This document shows positions 56,754 through 64,000 of a stretch of 64,000 bases of DNA, piece by piece. Position 1 is the stretch's first letter. The number at the start of each line of letters is the position of its first letter. Source of the DNA: an uncultured bacterium. Its GTDB lineage: Bacteria > Omnitrophota > Omnitrophia > Omnitrophales > Aquincolibacteriaceae. The stretch lies in the NCBI GenBank assembly GCA_964385615.1, contig CAYLPP010000003.1, positions 11,288 through 75,287 of the forward strand, written 5' to 3'. The notes below the pieces were generated by a model. The model was not told the origin of the DNA. It was given only the letters and a program-made list of their open reading frames with translations, and made no database searches. The translations under genes and the position numbers were made by a program.

Positions 56754-58604
56754 ATGAACGCTGTCCCCTCGGAAGAACCCAACATGGAAGGCTTACCCGT
56801 TTCACCAACGTTGAATCCATCACTTCAACGTACAAAGATTACTCCACATTTATCACATCTCAAACCTCGGATCCTGTTGATTTGTCTCTACGCCATTGTC
56901 ATCGGTGCCTTAGCGGCTTTGGCCGCTTATGGATTAACACTTCTCATTTCGCTCATTACTAATCTGTCATTTTATGGGCATTTTTCTACTCGTCCCGTAT
57001 CCCCGGCCGGGCATCCGTTAGGTTTCTTTGTGATTTTTGTTCCGGTCATTGGCGCTCTGATTATCGGGCTCATGGCTCGTTATGGTTCCACGGGCATACG
57101 AGGTCATGGCATTCCGGAAGCTATGGAACGTGTCCTCCTGCATGAAAGCAAAATTCCAATACGTCTTACGTTTCTTAAACCTTTATCCGCCGCTATTTCC
57201 ATAGGAACCGGTGGGCCTTTCGGGGCAGAAGGTCCCATCATAGCAACGGGCGGTGCATTAGGGTCGCTTTGGGGCCAACTCGCCAAAATCACAGATCACG
57301 AACGCCGCACTCTTCTTGCTGCGGGTGCGGCTGCCGGTCTTGCAGCAACTTTCGCGAGTCCGGTAGCTTCCGTCTTGCTGGCGATTGAGCTTCTCTTGTT
57401 TGAATACCGAGCCCGTTCTATTATTCCGGTTGCCTTAGCGGCAATTACCGCACAAGCCGTAAGACTCCTTTATTTTGGCACCGGCCCAGTTTTCCCCATG
57501 GAAAACGTGATCGCTCCAGACGGAACGTCCTTTCTTATCTATGGAGTGATTGGGATTATCATCGGATTTGTTTCTGTTGGTTTAACCAGACTTGTTCACT
57601 CAGTTGAAAACCTGTTTGAAAAAATTCCCATCCATTGGATGTGGCATCCCGCGATTGGCGCGCTCGCTGTAGGACTCGTCGGATACTTTGATCCGCGTGT
57701 TTTTGGTGTCGGTTACCATTACATTGAGCAAACCTTAAACGGTGAGCTTTTAGGGAAAGCTTTACTTGTTTTAGGCCTCGTCAAATTTATTACTTGGACA
57801 ATTTATGTAGGAAGCGGGACTTCCGGAGGGACACTCGCGCCTATGTTTATTATGGGCGGAGCTTTAGGGACAGCTCTGGGTCTGCTTGCAGAAAAGTTTT
57901 TCCCAGGAATTGGCATAGACCATCGCATCGCGGCCTTGGTTGGCATGGCCGGAATTTTCACAGGAGCCTCGCGAGCCTTTTTAGCATCCGTTGTTTTAGC
58001 GCTAGAAACAACCCATCAGCCTTTAGCTTTTATTCCTGTTTTTACAGGATGCGCGGCTTCCTATCTAGTTTCGTGTCTTACGATGTCAACCTCTATCATG
58101 ACCGAGAGCATGACTCGTCGCGGAATTCGTGTGCCCGAAGGTTTTGGGACAGAATCTATGGCCCATGTTCGCGTTAAGGATTACGCGACCTATCCAGCCA
58201 TTGTTCTTAGGCAAGATCAAACGATTGAAGAAACCCGCCCGTGGCTAAACTCGAATAAACCTGAAACGCAGCATCATTTCTATCCACTCGTAGATCACCA
58301 AAATAGAATTGTAGGCTCTATTTCCCGCGCAGAACTCTGGCGTAAGGATATCTCTCTTGACCTGCCGTTAAAAGCCTTGTCCCACAGCGCACCTATCTGC
58401 ATTCGTGAAAGCGATACGCTTCAAGCTGCTATGGATCTCATGGCAAAAAATAAGATTTCACAGTTGTCTGTAGTGGAGAAGAAGAACTCTTCCGTTGTTT
58501 TGGGATTGATTACCTGGAATGATATTTTCAAAGCCTACTCGGCGCAATCTTACAAAGACCATCGCATCAAACGAACCCTTCGAAACCGGACTCATAAGAA
58601 ATAA
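56754..58604 (+). CDS. ClC family chloride channel/antiporter with C-terminal CBS pair
   Basis: GHGIPE and GTGGPFGAEGP selectivity-filter-like blocks, with a CBS region at the C-terminus. Confidence 0.75.
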   Translation: MNAVPSEEPNMEGLPVSPTLNPSLQRTKITPHLSHLKPRILLICLYAIVIGALAALAAYGLTLLISLITNLSFYGHFSTRPVSPAGHPLGFFVIFVPVIGALIIGLMARYGSTGIRGHGIPEAMERVLLHESKIPIRLTFLKPLSAAISIGTGGPFGAEGPIIATGGALGSLWGQLAKITDHERRTLLAAGAAAGLAATFASPVASVLLAIELLLFEYRARSIIPVALAAITAQAVRLLYFGTGPVFPMENVIAPDGTSFLIYGVIGIIIGFVSVGLTRLVHSVENLFEKIPIHWMWHPAIGALAVGLVGYFDPRVFGVGYHYIEQTLNGELLGKALLVLGLVKFITWTIYVGSGTSGGTLAPMFIMGGALGTALGLLAEKFFPGIGIDHRIAALVGMAGIFTGASRAFLASVVLALETTHQPLAFIPVFTGCAASYLVSCLTMSTSIMTESMTRRGIRVPEGFGTESMAHVRVKDYATYPAIVLRQDQTIEETRPWLNSNKPETQHHFYPLVDHQNRIVGSISRAELWRKDISLDLPLKALSHSAPICIRESDTLQAAMDLMAKNKISQLSVVEKKNSSVVLGLITWNDIFKAYSAQSYKDHRIKRTLRNRTHKK

Positions 58605-58619
58605 CCCTTGGTTATTTCT
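58597..58619 (+). terminator. hairpin at the ClC stop codon (weak terminator)
   Basis: AGAAATAACC-CTT-GGTTATTTCT, a 10-bp stem containing the TAA stop, followed by an AT-rich tract but no clean T-run. Confidence 0.3.
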
Positions 58620-58634
58620 TAAAGATTAAATTAA

Positions 58635-59168
58635 TTAAATTTCGGCAAGGGATTTATTCAAATGGCCTTCGAATTCATCAAGCATTGCTCGGAATTGCGC
58701 TAACTGGCTAGGTTCATCCCCCAACCGCACAATTTCTACGAGACGCCTCAAATGGAAATGCTTTACAATTTCTGGCTGCTGGTTATCTTTAAGAAAGCTT
58801 TGAATAGAATCAGGTAATTCCAACGTCTTAAGTACCCGGGCAATAGAAGACCAATCTTCACCTGTAATTTCGGAAAGACCACGAACGCTTTTGATGCCAG
58901 ATGATTCTTGTAGGTCTCGGTAATAAGCAGCCTTTTTCAGGGGGAAGTTTTCGAGCCTTTGTAGATAGGTTTGGTGCTTCTGCCAAACTTTTTGATCGAC
59001 AGTTTCAACATCGCTAAGCTCTTTTGGTCGTTCCCCAAAAATAATCTGCTGGCGGCGATGTTGGTAGATGCTATAGAATGCCTGCGTATACTTAAAAGTA
59101 CGCACCTCGCGTGAATCGTCGAGGGTAAGATAAAGGACCCCATATGTAACCACGAACCCAACCTCCAA
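58635..59168 (-). CDS. ParB-like HTH domain protein, copy C (5' end apparently frameshifted relative to A and B)
   Basis: Shared blocks FKYTQAFYSIYQHRRQQ...LKTLELPDSIQSFLKDNQ...LRRLVEIVRLGDEP. The conserved ATGGGG start element is out of frame here. The predicted Met is encoded by a hairpin. Confidence 0.5.
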   Translation of the reverse strand: MEVGFVVTYGVLYLTLDDSREVRTFKYTQAFYSIYQHRRQQIIFGERPKELSDVETVDQKVWQKHQTYLQRLENFPLKKAAYYRDLQESSGIKSVRGLSEITGEDWSSIARVLKTLELPDSIQSFLKDNQQPEIVKHFHLRRLVEIVRLGDEPSQLAQFRAMLDEFEGHLNKSLAEI

Positions 59169-59243
59169 GGTTGGGTTCTATTGATTAAAGCTGACTCTGA
59201 GTTTAATCAAATTCCCCTTATTCACTCAGAGTAACGGGACGAC

Positions 59244-59278
59244 CTGATGCCGGAACGCGAATACGCTCCCGGCATCAG
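59244..59278. other. 10-bp perfect stem hairpin in the copy C / arsP spacer
   Basis: CTGATGCCGG-15 nt-CCGGCATCAG with no adjacent T-run. Two further hairpins sit at 59158-59174 (CCAACCT-CCA-AGGTTGG) and 59195-59231 (CTCTGAGT-21 nt-ACTCAGAG). Confidence 0.5.
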
Positions 59279-59583
59279 CGTTTCTAAATCATTGACTCCC
59301 CGCTTCCGGCTCCTGACTCTGTCTTCGAGAATCAATAATGATATTGGCAAGGCCCTGGATCAGACTCTGCATGCGTTCTTCATGTAAGTTCGGTGCAGGA
59401 ATTTGAGGGATTTATTTGTAAATCGGGGTATGTTTCAGGCGGACAGCTTTTACTTCAAAGGTCCATTGTTTACGACGTTTTTTTCATTTTTTCTCCTTTA
59501 TCTTTTCTGATCATTTTATTCGCTCTGCAAAATAGCAAATCAATTTAAATCTTACAGCTAAAAATTCCAGGCATGCGGTTTAT

Positions 59584-60525
59584 CTAAAAAAGAAAGTTAA
59601 ACAAATATCCCGTAAAAATAATAGCCAGAGTAGTCACGCCAAAAAAAATAGCGATAAGCGGTAATCGTATCACCCTTCTGAGCATGATGGCTTCGGGTAA
59701 GCTTAGCCCCACAATTGCCATGGTAAACGCAAGGGCAGTTCCAATCGGGACTCCTTTTTGGAATAGAACCACGGCAATTGGCACAATCGCCGCGCAGCTG
59801 CCATACATCGGCACACCAAGAAGGGTTGCGATCGGCACAGAAAAAATTCCGGCCTTATTCAGAATCGATTGAATTGCTTCTTGAGGAATGTAATTATGGA
59901 TAATGGCTCCAACTCCGACTCCAACTAATACCCACACCCAGATTTTATGCACGATCGATTTTGCTTCATTCAAGCCGAATGCTATCCGTTTTAACATGCC
60001 TCCGTGGAAAGACTTTTCACTGGCAAGAGTCCCTTCCGTTAAATCAGTCACAAGGTATTTCTCCAAATGCAAGGCACCCAAAATAGCGCCGATCACCACC
60101 CCGATCAATATGCCGCTCAACACATACGCAGCGGTAATTTCACCCCCAAAAAATCCGAGCATCAAAACGATGAGGTATTCATTAATCAACGGCGATGTAA
60201 TTAGAAATGAGAAAGCAACGCCGAGAGGAATCCCAGCCCGGAGAAAGCTGATAAAAATCGGGATTGAGGAACAAGAACAAAAAGGCGTTACAGCCCCAAA
60301 AATCGAAGCATAGAGGTAACTACTCTTCTTCGAACTGAGCCACCCGCGAAGTTTTTGTTGCGGTATGAAGGTTCTTAAAAAACCAATGGCTGTGATCATT
60401 CCAAAAAGAAGCAGTATGATTTTTATTGAATCATAAATAAAAAAATCAACAACTCCGCCCAATTTGGATTCGGGCGTAAACTTCAATACGGAATAAACCA
60501 GCCAATCGACAATTACTTGCAGCAT
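59584..60525 (-). CDS. arsP: DUF318 permease, ArsP-like organoarsenical efflux permease
   Basis: [10 protein letters not shown] motif with the vicinal Cys pair characteristic of ArsP. Eight to ten TM helices. It sits in the ars operon. Confidence 0.65.
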   Translation of the reverse strand: MLQVIVDWLVYSVLKFTPESKLGGVVDFFIYDSIKIILLLFGMITAIGFLRTFIPQQKLRGWLSSKKSSYLYASIFGAVTPFCSCSSIPIFISFLRAGIPLGVAFSFLITSPLINEYLIVLMLGFFGGEITAAYVLSGILIGVVIGAILGALHLEKYLVTDLTEGTLASEKSFHGGMLKRIAFGLNEAKSIVHKIWVWVLVGVGVGAIIHNYIPQEAIQSILNKAGIFSVPIATLLGVPMYGSCAAIVPIAVVLFQKGVPIGTALAFTMAIVGLSLPEAIMLRRVIRLPLIAIFFGVTTLAIIFTGYLFNFLF

Positions 60526-60713
60526 GAGCTCGAATCCGAAGCGCTTTTATCATCTCCGCCACAGCACGGTTTACTTTTAGATTTTTCTTCCATTTTTTTA
60601 TCCAGCTTGTCTATAAGATTTCCAAAGAAACCTTTTTTCTTAGGTTTTTCATCCCGCTTCTCTTTTTCCATAAATCCCCCTTCTAAACTTTCTGTTTGAT
60701 CGTCGAAACCCAC
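60513..60713 (-). CDS. small Lys/Glu-rich protein with two vicinal Cys pairs
   Basis: ...[22 protein letters not shown]-terminus. It lies between arsC and arsP and overlaps both. Confidence 0.4.
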   Translation of the reverse strand: MGFDDQTESLEGGFMEKEKRDEKPKKKGFFGNLIDKLDKKMEEKSKSKPCCGGDDKSASDSSSCCK

Positions 60714-61120
60714 TTTTCGATCATTTCATTTATTGCATCACGAACCCGGCGCGTTTTATCTAACTTTTCTTCCCAAGTCCCTTGAAAGGACGACGGATCT
60801 TCAAAGCTCCATTGTAATTTCTGCAAAGCCCCCGGGTAAATCGGGCATCTTTCACTACTTGCCTGATCACAAACAGCTATGACATAGTTGTAAGTCCTGC
60901 CTTGTCTGAAGAGATCAAACGCTCCCTGCGTTTTCTTCCCAGAGATATCAATCCCGATTTCATTCATAGCAGCAACAGCAAGAGGATTTAATACTCCGGG
61001 CTCCAAACCAGCGCTTTGCACATCAAAAGCGTCTCCGCCCAAGCGATTAAGAAGTGCCTCTGCCATCTGACTTCTAGCAGAATTATGCACGCAAACAAAC
61101 AGAACTCTGATTTTATCCAT
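60683..61120 (-). CDS. arsC: arsenate reductase ArsC (LMW-PTP/thioredoxin-coupled type)
   Basis: [14 protein letters not shown]-loop and a downstream Cys in [10 protein letters not shown]. Confidence 0.8.
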   Translation of the reverse strand: MDKIRVLFVCVHNSARSQMAEALLNRLGGDAFDVQSAGLEPGVLNPLAVAAMNEIGIDISGKKTQGAFDLFRQGRTYNYVIAVCDQASSERCPIYPGALQKLQWSFEDPSSFQGTWEEKLDKTRRVRDAINEMIEKWVSTIKQKV

Positions 61121-61565
61121 TCGGAATACTCCTTTCGAGATTAGGCGCGAATCGCCCCGTTTGAGCTACCACTTTAAATTTATCCAAGATCAGGTCGCGA
61201 ACTTTTCTGAATTCGCTCAGCACTTCTTCCGTTATTTCCTTATCGTGCGGCGGATCAGGAAAAGGCCAGTGCAAGCGAGTGGTGCCTCCCGGAAAAATTG
61301 GGCAGGATTCTTTGGCGTTATCACACACCGAAATCACATAGTCGATTTTTTGCCCCGTAAATTCGTCAACGTGCTTGGAGCGATGCCCCGAAATATCGAT
61401 CCCGATTTCTTTCATCACCTTAATGGCCGTTTCATTCACCTTGGAAGGTTTGGTTCCGGCGCTAAAGACTTCAAACTTATCGCCTCCATAATGCCTCAAA
61501 ATTCCCTCAGCCATTTGCGACCTGCATGAGTTTCCAGTGCAAAGAATTAAAACTTTTGTTTTCAT
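61113..61565 (-). CDS. arsC: second LMW-PTP-type arsenate reductase paralog
   Basis: [14 protein letters not shown]-loop and [10 protein letters not shown]. The start is MKTKVLIL at 61565. Confidence 0.75.
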   Translation of the reverse strand: MKTKVLILCTGNSCRSQMAEGILRHYGGDKFEVFSAGTKPSKVNETAIKVMKEIGIDISGHRSKHVDEFTGQKIDYVISVCDNAKESCPIFPGGTTRLHWPFPDPPHDKEITEEVLSEFRKVRDLILDKFKVVAQTGRFAPNLERSIPNG

Positions 61566-61566
61566 A

Positions 61567-62628
61567 TCAGCAGCATCCTTTTGTTTTCTTGATTTCCATA
61601 TTGATGAAATACTTTTTTTGAATCCAAAATGCCACATTCACAAGAGCAATCATGGCCGGCACTTCAACCAGGGGGCCAATCACGGCAGTAAACGCCTGGC
61701 CTGAGTTCACACCAAAAACCGCAATAGCCACAGCAATCGCGAGTTCAAAGTTATTGCTCGCCGCAGTAAATGACAGCGTGACGGATTTACCGTAGTCTGC
61801 ACCTGCTTTTTTCCCCATATAAAAACTAATCCCGAACATTACAACGAAATAAATAAGCAGTGGAATCGCGATCCTGACAACGTCCATCGGAATTTGAACA
61901 ATGTAATTCCCCTTCAAACTAAACATAACAACAATCGTAAGAAGAAGCGCAATGAGCGTTATAGGGCTGATTTTTGAGAGGAATTTATTTTCATACCAAT
62001 CATTGCCTTTTATCTTAACGAGACTAAAGCGTGTAAGCATCCCTGCAAAGAATGGAATCCCGAGATAAATAAAAACGCTTTCCGCAATCTGCCCCATGGA
62101 AACATGAACCGTAAAACTTTCGAATCCAAACAGCCGGGGAAGGAACGTAATAAAGAAGTAAGCATAAATACTGTAAAAGAGAATTTGGAAAATACTGTTA
62201 AAAGCCACTAGGCCCGCGGCGTATTCCGTATCCCCGTCTGCAAGTTTGTTCCATACGATCACCATGGCAATACAGCGCGCCAGCCCGATGAGAATCAAAC
62301 CTGTCATATAGGCCGGGTTGTCTCTCAAAAAAAGTATCGCGAGCCCAAACATTAAAACCGGACCAATAATCCAATTTTGAATCAGGCTCAAGGAAAGGAT
62401 TTTCCAGTCTTTGAAAACATCCCCTAATTCTTCATAGCGCACTTTGGCAAGCGGCGGATACATCATCAGGATCAGTCCGATTGCGATGGGAATATTCGTT
62501 GCGCCAACCTGGAAGGAATTGATTACCTTTTCAACGCCGGGAATGAAGTGGCCTATGGACACGCCTAATGCCATTGCGGTGAATATCCAAAGAGTAAGAT
62601 AACGGTCTAAAAACGATAACTTTTTCAT
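61567..62628 (-). CDS. acr3: ACR3 family arsenite efflux transporter
   Basis: Ten TM helices with the GLARCIAM conserved Cys block. Confidence 0.85.
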   Translation of the reverse strand: MKKLSFLDRYLTLWIFTAMALGVSIGHFIPGVEKVINSFQVGATNIPIAIGLILMMYPPLAKVRYEELGDVFKDWKILSLSLIQNWIIGPVLMFGLAILFLRDNPAYMTGLILIGLARCIAMVIVWNKLADGDTEYAAGLVAFNSIFQILFYSIYAYFFITFLPRLFGFESFTVHVSMGQIAESVFIYLGIPFFAGMLTRFSLVKIKGNDWYENKFLSKISPITLIALLLTIVVMFSLKGNYIVQIPMDVVRIAIPLLIYFVVMFGISFYMGKKAGADYGKSVTLSFTAASNNFELAIAVAIAVFGVNSGQAFTAVIGPLVEVPAMIALVNVAFWIQKKYFINMEIKKTKGCC

Positions 62629-62677
62629 CGCGGCCCTTTCATATTTGTCTATGCAGATATATTAGAATCAAAAAAAA

Positions 62678-63031
62678 TTATTTACTGCAACAAGCTACGA
62701 GTTTCTTTTTCTTGTGATTCAACGCGGAAAGATCCCGGCATAACTCATCCACCTGCGAAGCACTTCCGCATAAGCCCTGAATAAACGGCCGAAAGATCTT
62801 TGCCCCATGCTCGGATAGCCGGTAATACATCCAGAGTCCTTGCTTCCGCCCCACAACAAGACCCGACTTGCGTAAATAGCTGAAGTGCCGTGATACCTTG
62901 GACTGCGGCTCACCGAGAACTCGCATCACATCGCAAACACACAATTCCCCTTCGCTTAGAAGGTTAAGAATCCTGAGCCGCGTTTCGTCAGAAAAAGCCC
63001 TGAATATGCGTTTTGTATCTTTAAGTTTCAT
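62678..63031 (-). CDS. arsR: ArsR/SmtB family metalloregulator
   Basis: ELCVCDV metal site inside a winged helix-turn-helix. Confidence 0.8.
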   Translation of the reverse strand: MKLKDTKRIFRAFSDETRLRILNLLSEGELCVCDVMRVLGEPQSKVSRHFSYLRKSGLVVGRKQGLWMYYRLSEHGAKIFRPFIQGLCGSASQVDELCRDLSALNHKKKKLVACCSK

Positions 63032-63174
63032 AGCCTAATTGTATTTGCTTAACCACATATAGTCAAGGCTCTCATTCAGAGGCATTTATTTGCTTAGATT
63101 CAATCCATTATCCAGTCCGTCCGTTTGTAGGCAGTTACTCTGATCGAATTTCAGCTAAAATTTCTCTAACCTAA

Positions 63175-63330
63175 AAGAGGCGGAAGCAAAGTCCTTAAAA
63201 TCTTCGCAATATGGGACCAATCCTCACCCGTAAGCTCAGATAGTCCCCTGACGCTTTTTACCCCGGTGGATTACGGAGAAATTTTTCACCACGGAATTAT
63301 TCGCGGGGAGTAACCGCAAGGACCCATCTC
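63175..63330 (-). pseudogene. degenerate fragment (copy D) of the ParB-like repeat family
   Basis: 63196-63250 aligns with copy C 58841-58895 (it encodes ...VKSVRGLSELTGEDWS...). 63285-63320 (CGCGGGGAGTAACCGCAAGGACCC) resembles the 5' tandem-repeat unit. There is no intact ORF. Confidence 0.5.
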
Positions 63331-63411
63331 CTTCTCATAAAAAACCGGCCGCCCGCCGGGGTTAACCCATGCGGACGGCCGGCAATCGCTCCCTGCGGTA
63401 AGTCTGCCTTT

Positions 63412-64000
63412 TTATTGAATCGGGATCGACCTGGCAGCAGGAGCTGTGGCGGGATCGGGTTGAAGCTTGGGCATGGTGATGGTCAGCACACCCTCTTCGT
63501 ATTTTGCGGTAATAGCCTCCGTTTTGACGTTGGCAGGAATCGGCAGCGCCCTCTGAAACGTGCCGTAGCTTCTCTCAAACATCTGCATTCCGTTCGGGTC
63601 TGACGCCTGTTTTTCATATTTTCTTTCTCCTGAGACCGTAAGCGCGTTTTCAGTAATGTTCAGATTGATGCGTTCTTTTTCCATGCCCGGGAGATCAACC
63701 TTGACCACATACTTGTCATTGAGTTCCTGAACATCCATACGGGGAGAAATCATCCCCGCCCCGTTTGTGAATCCCGCGGGACTGGACATCATGCTCCGCT
63801 GAAACATCCGGTGCATCTGCTGCATCATCCGGTCCATTTCCAAAAACGGATTACTCCAGGTGTCTTCCATGCCGAAACCGGCATTCCAGGGATCAGAAGC
63901 GTTCGAAACTTGCGGTGTCTGATTCTGTTTTACGGAAACACTGGAAGTCTGCGCGTGCGCCGCGCTTTCCCCGCTAAGCATCAGAAGAAATGTGAGTGCC
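63412..64000 (-). CDS. Hsp20/alpha-crystallin family protein (5' end beyond window)
   Basis: Alpha-crystallin domain (VKVDLPGMEKERINL..., GVLTITMPK). The frame stays open upstream of the in-window ATG at 63981 and reads like a signal peptide (ALTFLLMLSG). Confidence 0.7.
   Translation of the reverse strand, partial: ALTFLLMLSGESAAHAQTSSVSVKQNQTPQVSNASDPWNAGFGMEDTWSNPFLEMDRMMQQMHRMFQRSMMSSPAGFTNGAGMISPRMDVQELNDKYVVKVDLPGMEKERINLNITENALTVSGERKYEKQASDPNGMQMFERSYGTFQRALPIPANVKTEAITAKYEEGVLTITMPKLQPDPATAPAARSIPIQ

Noticed and set aside
1-64000. tRNA/rRNA genes
   Set aside because: No T-loop-like GGTTCGAATCC (or reverse complement) was seen in the intergenic regions checked, and no rRNA-like stretch is present. 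This was a partial manual scan; tRNAscan-SE would settle it.

Overview
This is a 64 kb bacterial chromosomal window with about 48-50% GC, densely coded and mostly on the minus strand. Gene identities below come from reading the six-frame translations against remembered family signatures. No database search was run.

Blocks in order:
- 1-4642: an organoarsenical (arsenosugar-type) biosynthesis cluster. It holds radical-SAM ArsS (partial at the window edge), an embedded PiT phosphate/arsenate transporter, ArsM, a TIGR04282/DUF2064-like protein and a GT2 glycosyltransferase, followed by a GT-C-like membrane protein and a GH1 beta-glucosidase.
- 7.3-18 kb: a redox and housekeeping stretch. It holds orphan HPr, an AhpD-like protein, an Lpd-like flavoprotein with DedA, DUF547, a thioredoxin-like protein, DUF1348, a TetR-regulated alpha/beta hydrolase, Crp/Fnr and a YyaL/DUF255 protein.
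- 18.5-20.1 kb: the 3' remnant of a large serine recombinase fused in frame to a ParB-like helix-turn-helix domain, overlapping an 83-aa UPF0016 gene.
- 21.6-26.7 kb: a molybdenum cofactor operon (moaA, moaC-mogA fusion, tauE, moeA, moaD, moaE, mobA) with a candidate Moco riboswitch in the leader.
- 30.0-40.0 kb: a nitrogen-oxide cluster. An Rrf2 regulator precedes nirK. Upstream are NnrS and a TDT/SLAC-like transporter. Next comes an unusual Nas/Nap-type molybdoenzyme with a Rieske subunit, a 4x[4Fe-4S] ferredoxin and a NarI-like membrane subunit. The cluster ends with a DGC-domain protein, a hemerythrin and a second Rrf2.
- 51.8-56.6 kb: a second nitric-oxide module. A third Rrf2 sits behind a textbook NsrR-like palindrome and is followed by an alternative-oxidase-like protein, a second NnrS and qNor. 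A hemerythrin and a cupin are transcribed divergently from it.
- 59.6-63.0 kb: an ars operon (arsR, acr3, arsC, arsC, a small Cys-pair protein, arsP).

The most striking non-canonical feature is a roughly 180-aa ParB-like HTH gene family. It occurs as three copies plus one degenerate fragment at about 18.5, 40.1, 58.6 and 63.2 kb, all in the same orientation. Each copy is preceded by 65-66 bp tandem repeats that themselves carry the GGA-ACAA-ATG translation start. Copies C and D bracket the ars island, and copy A is fused to the recombinase remnant.

No rRNA or CRISPR array is present. No tRNA was identified in a brief scan of selected intergenic regions.
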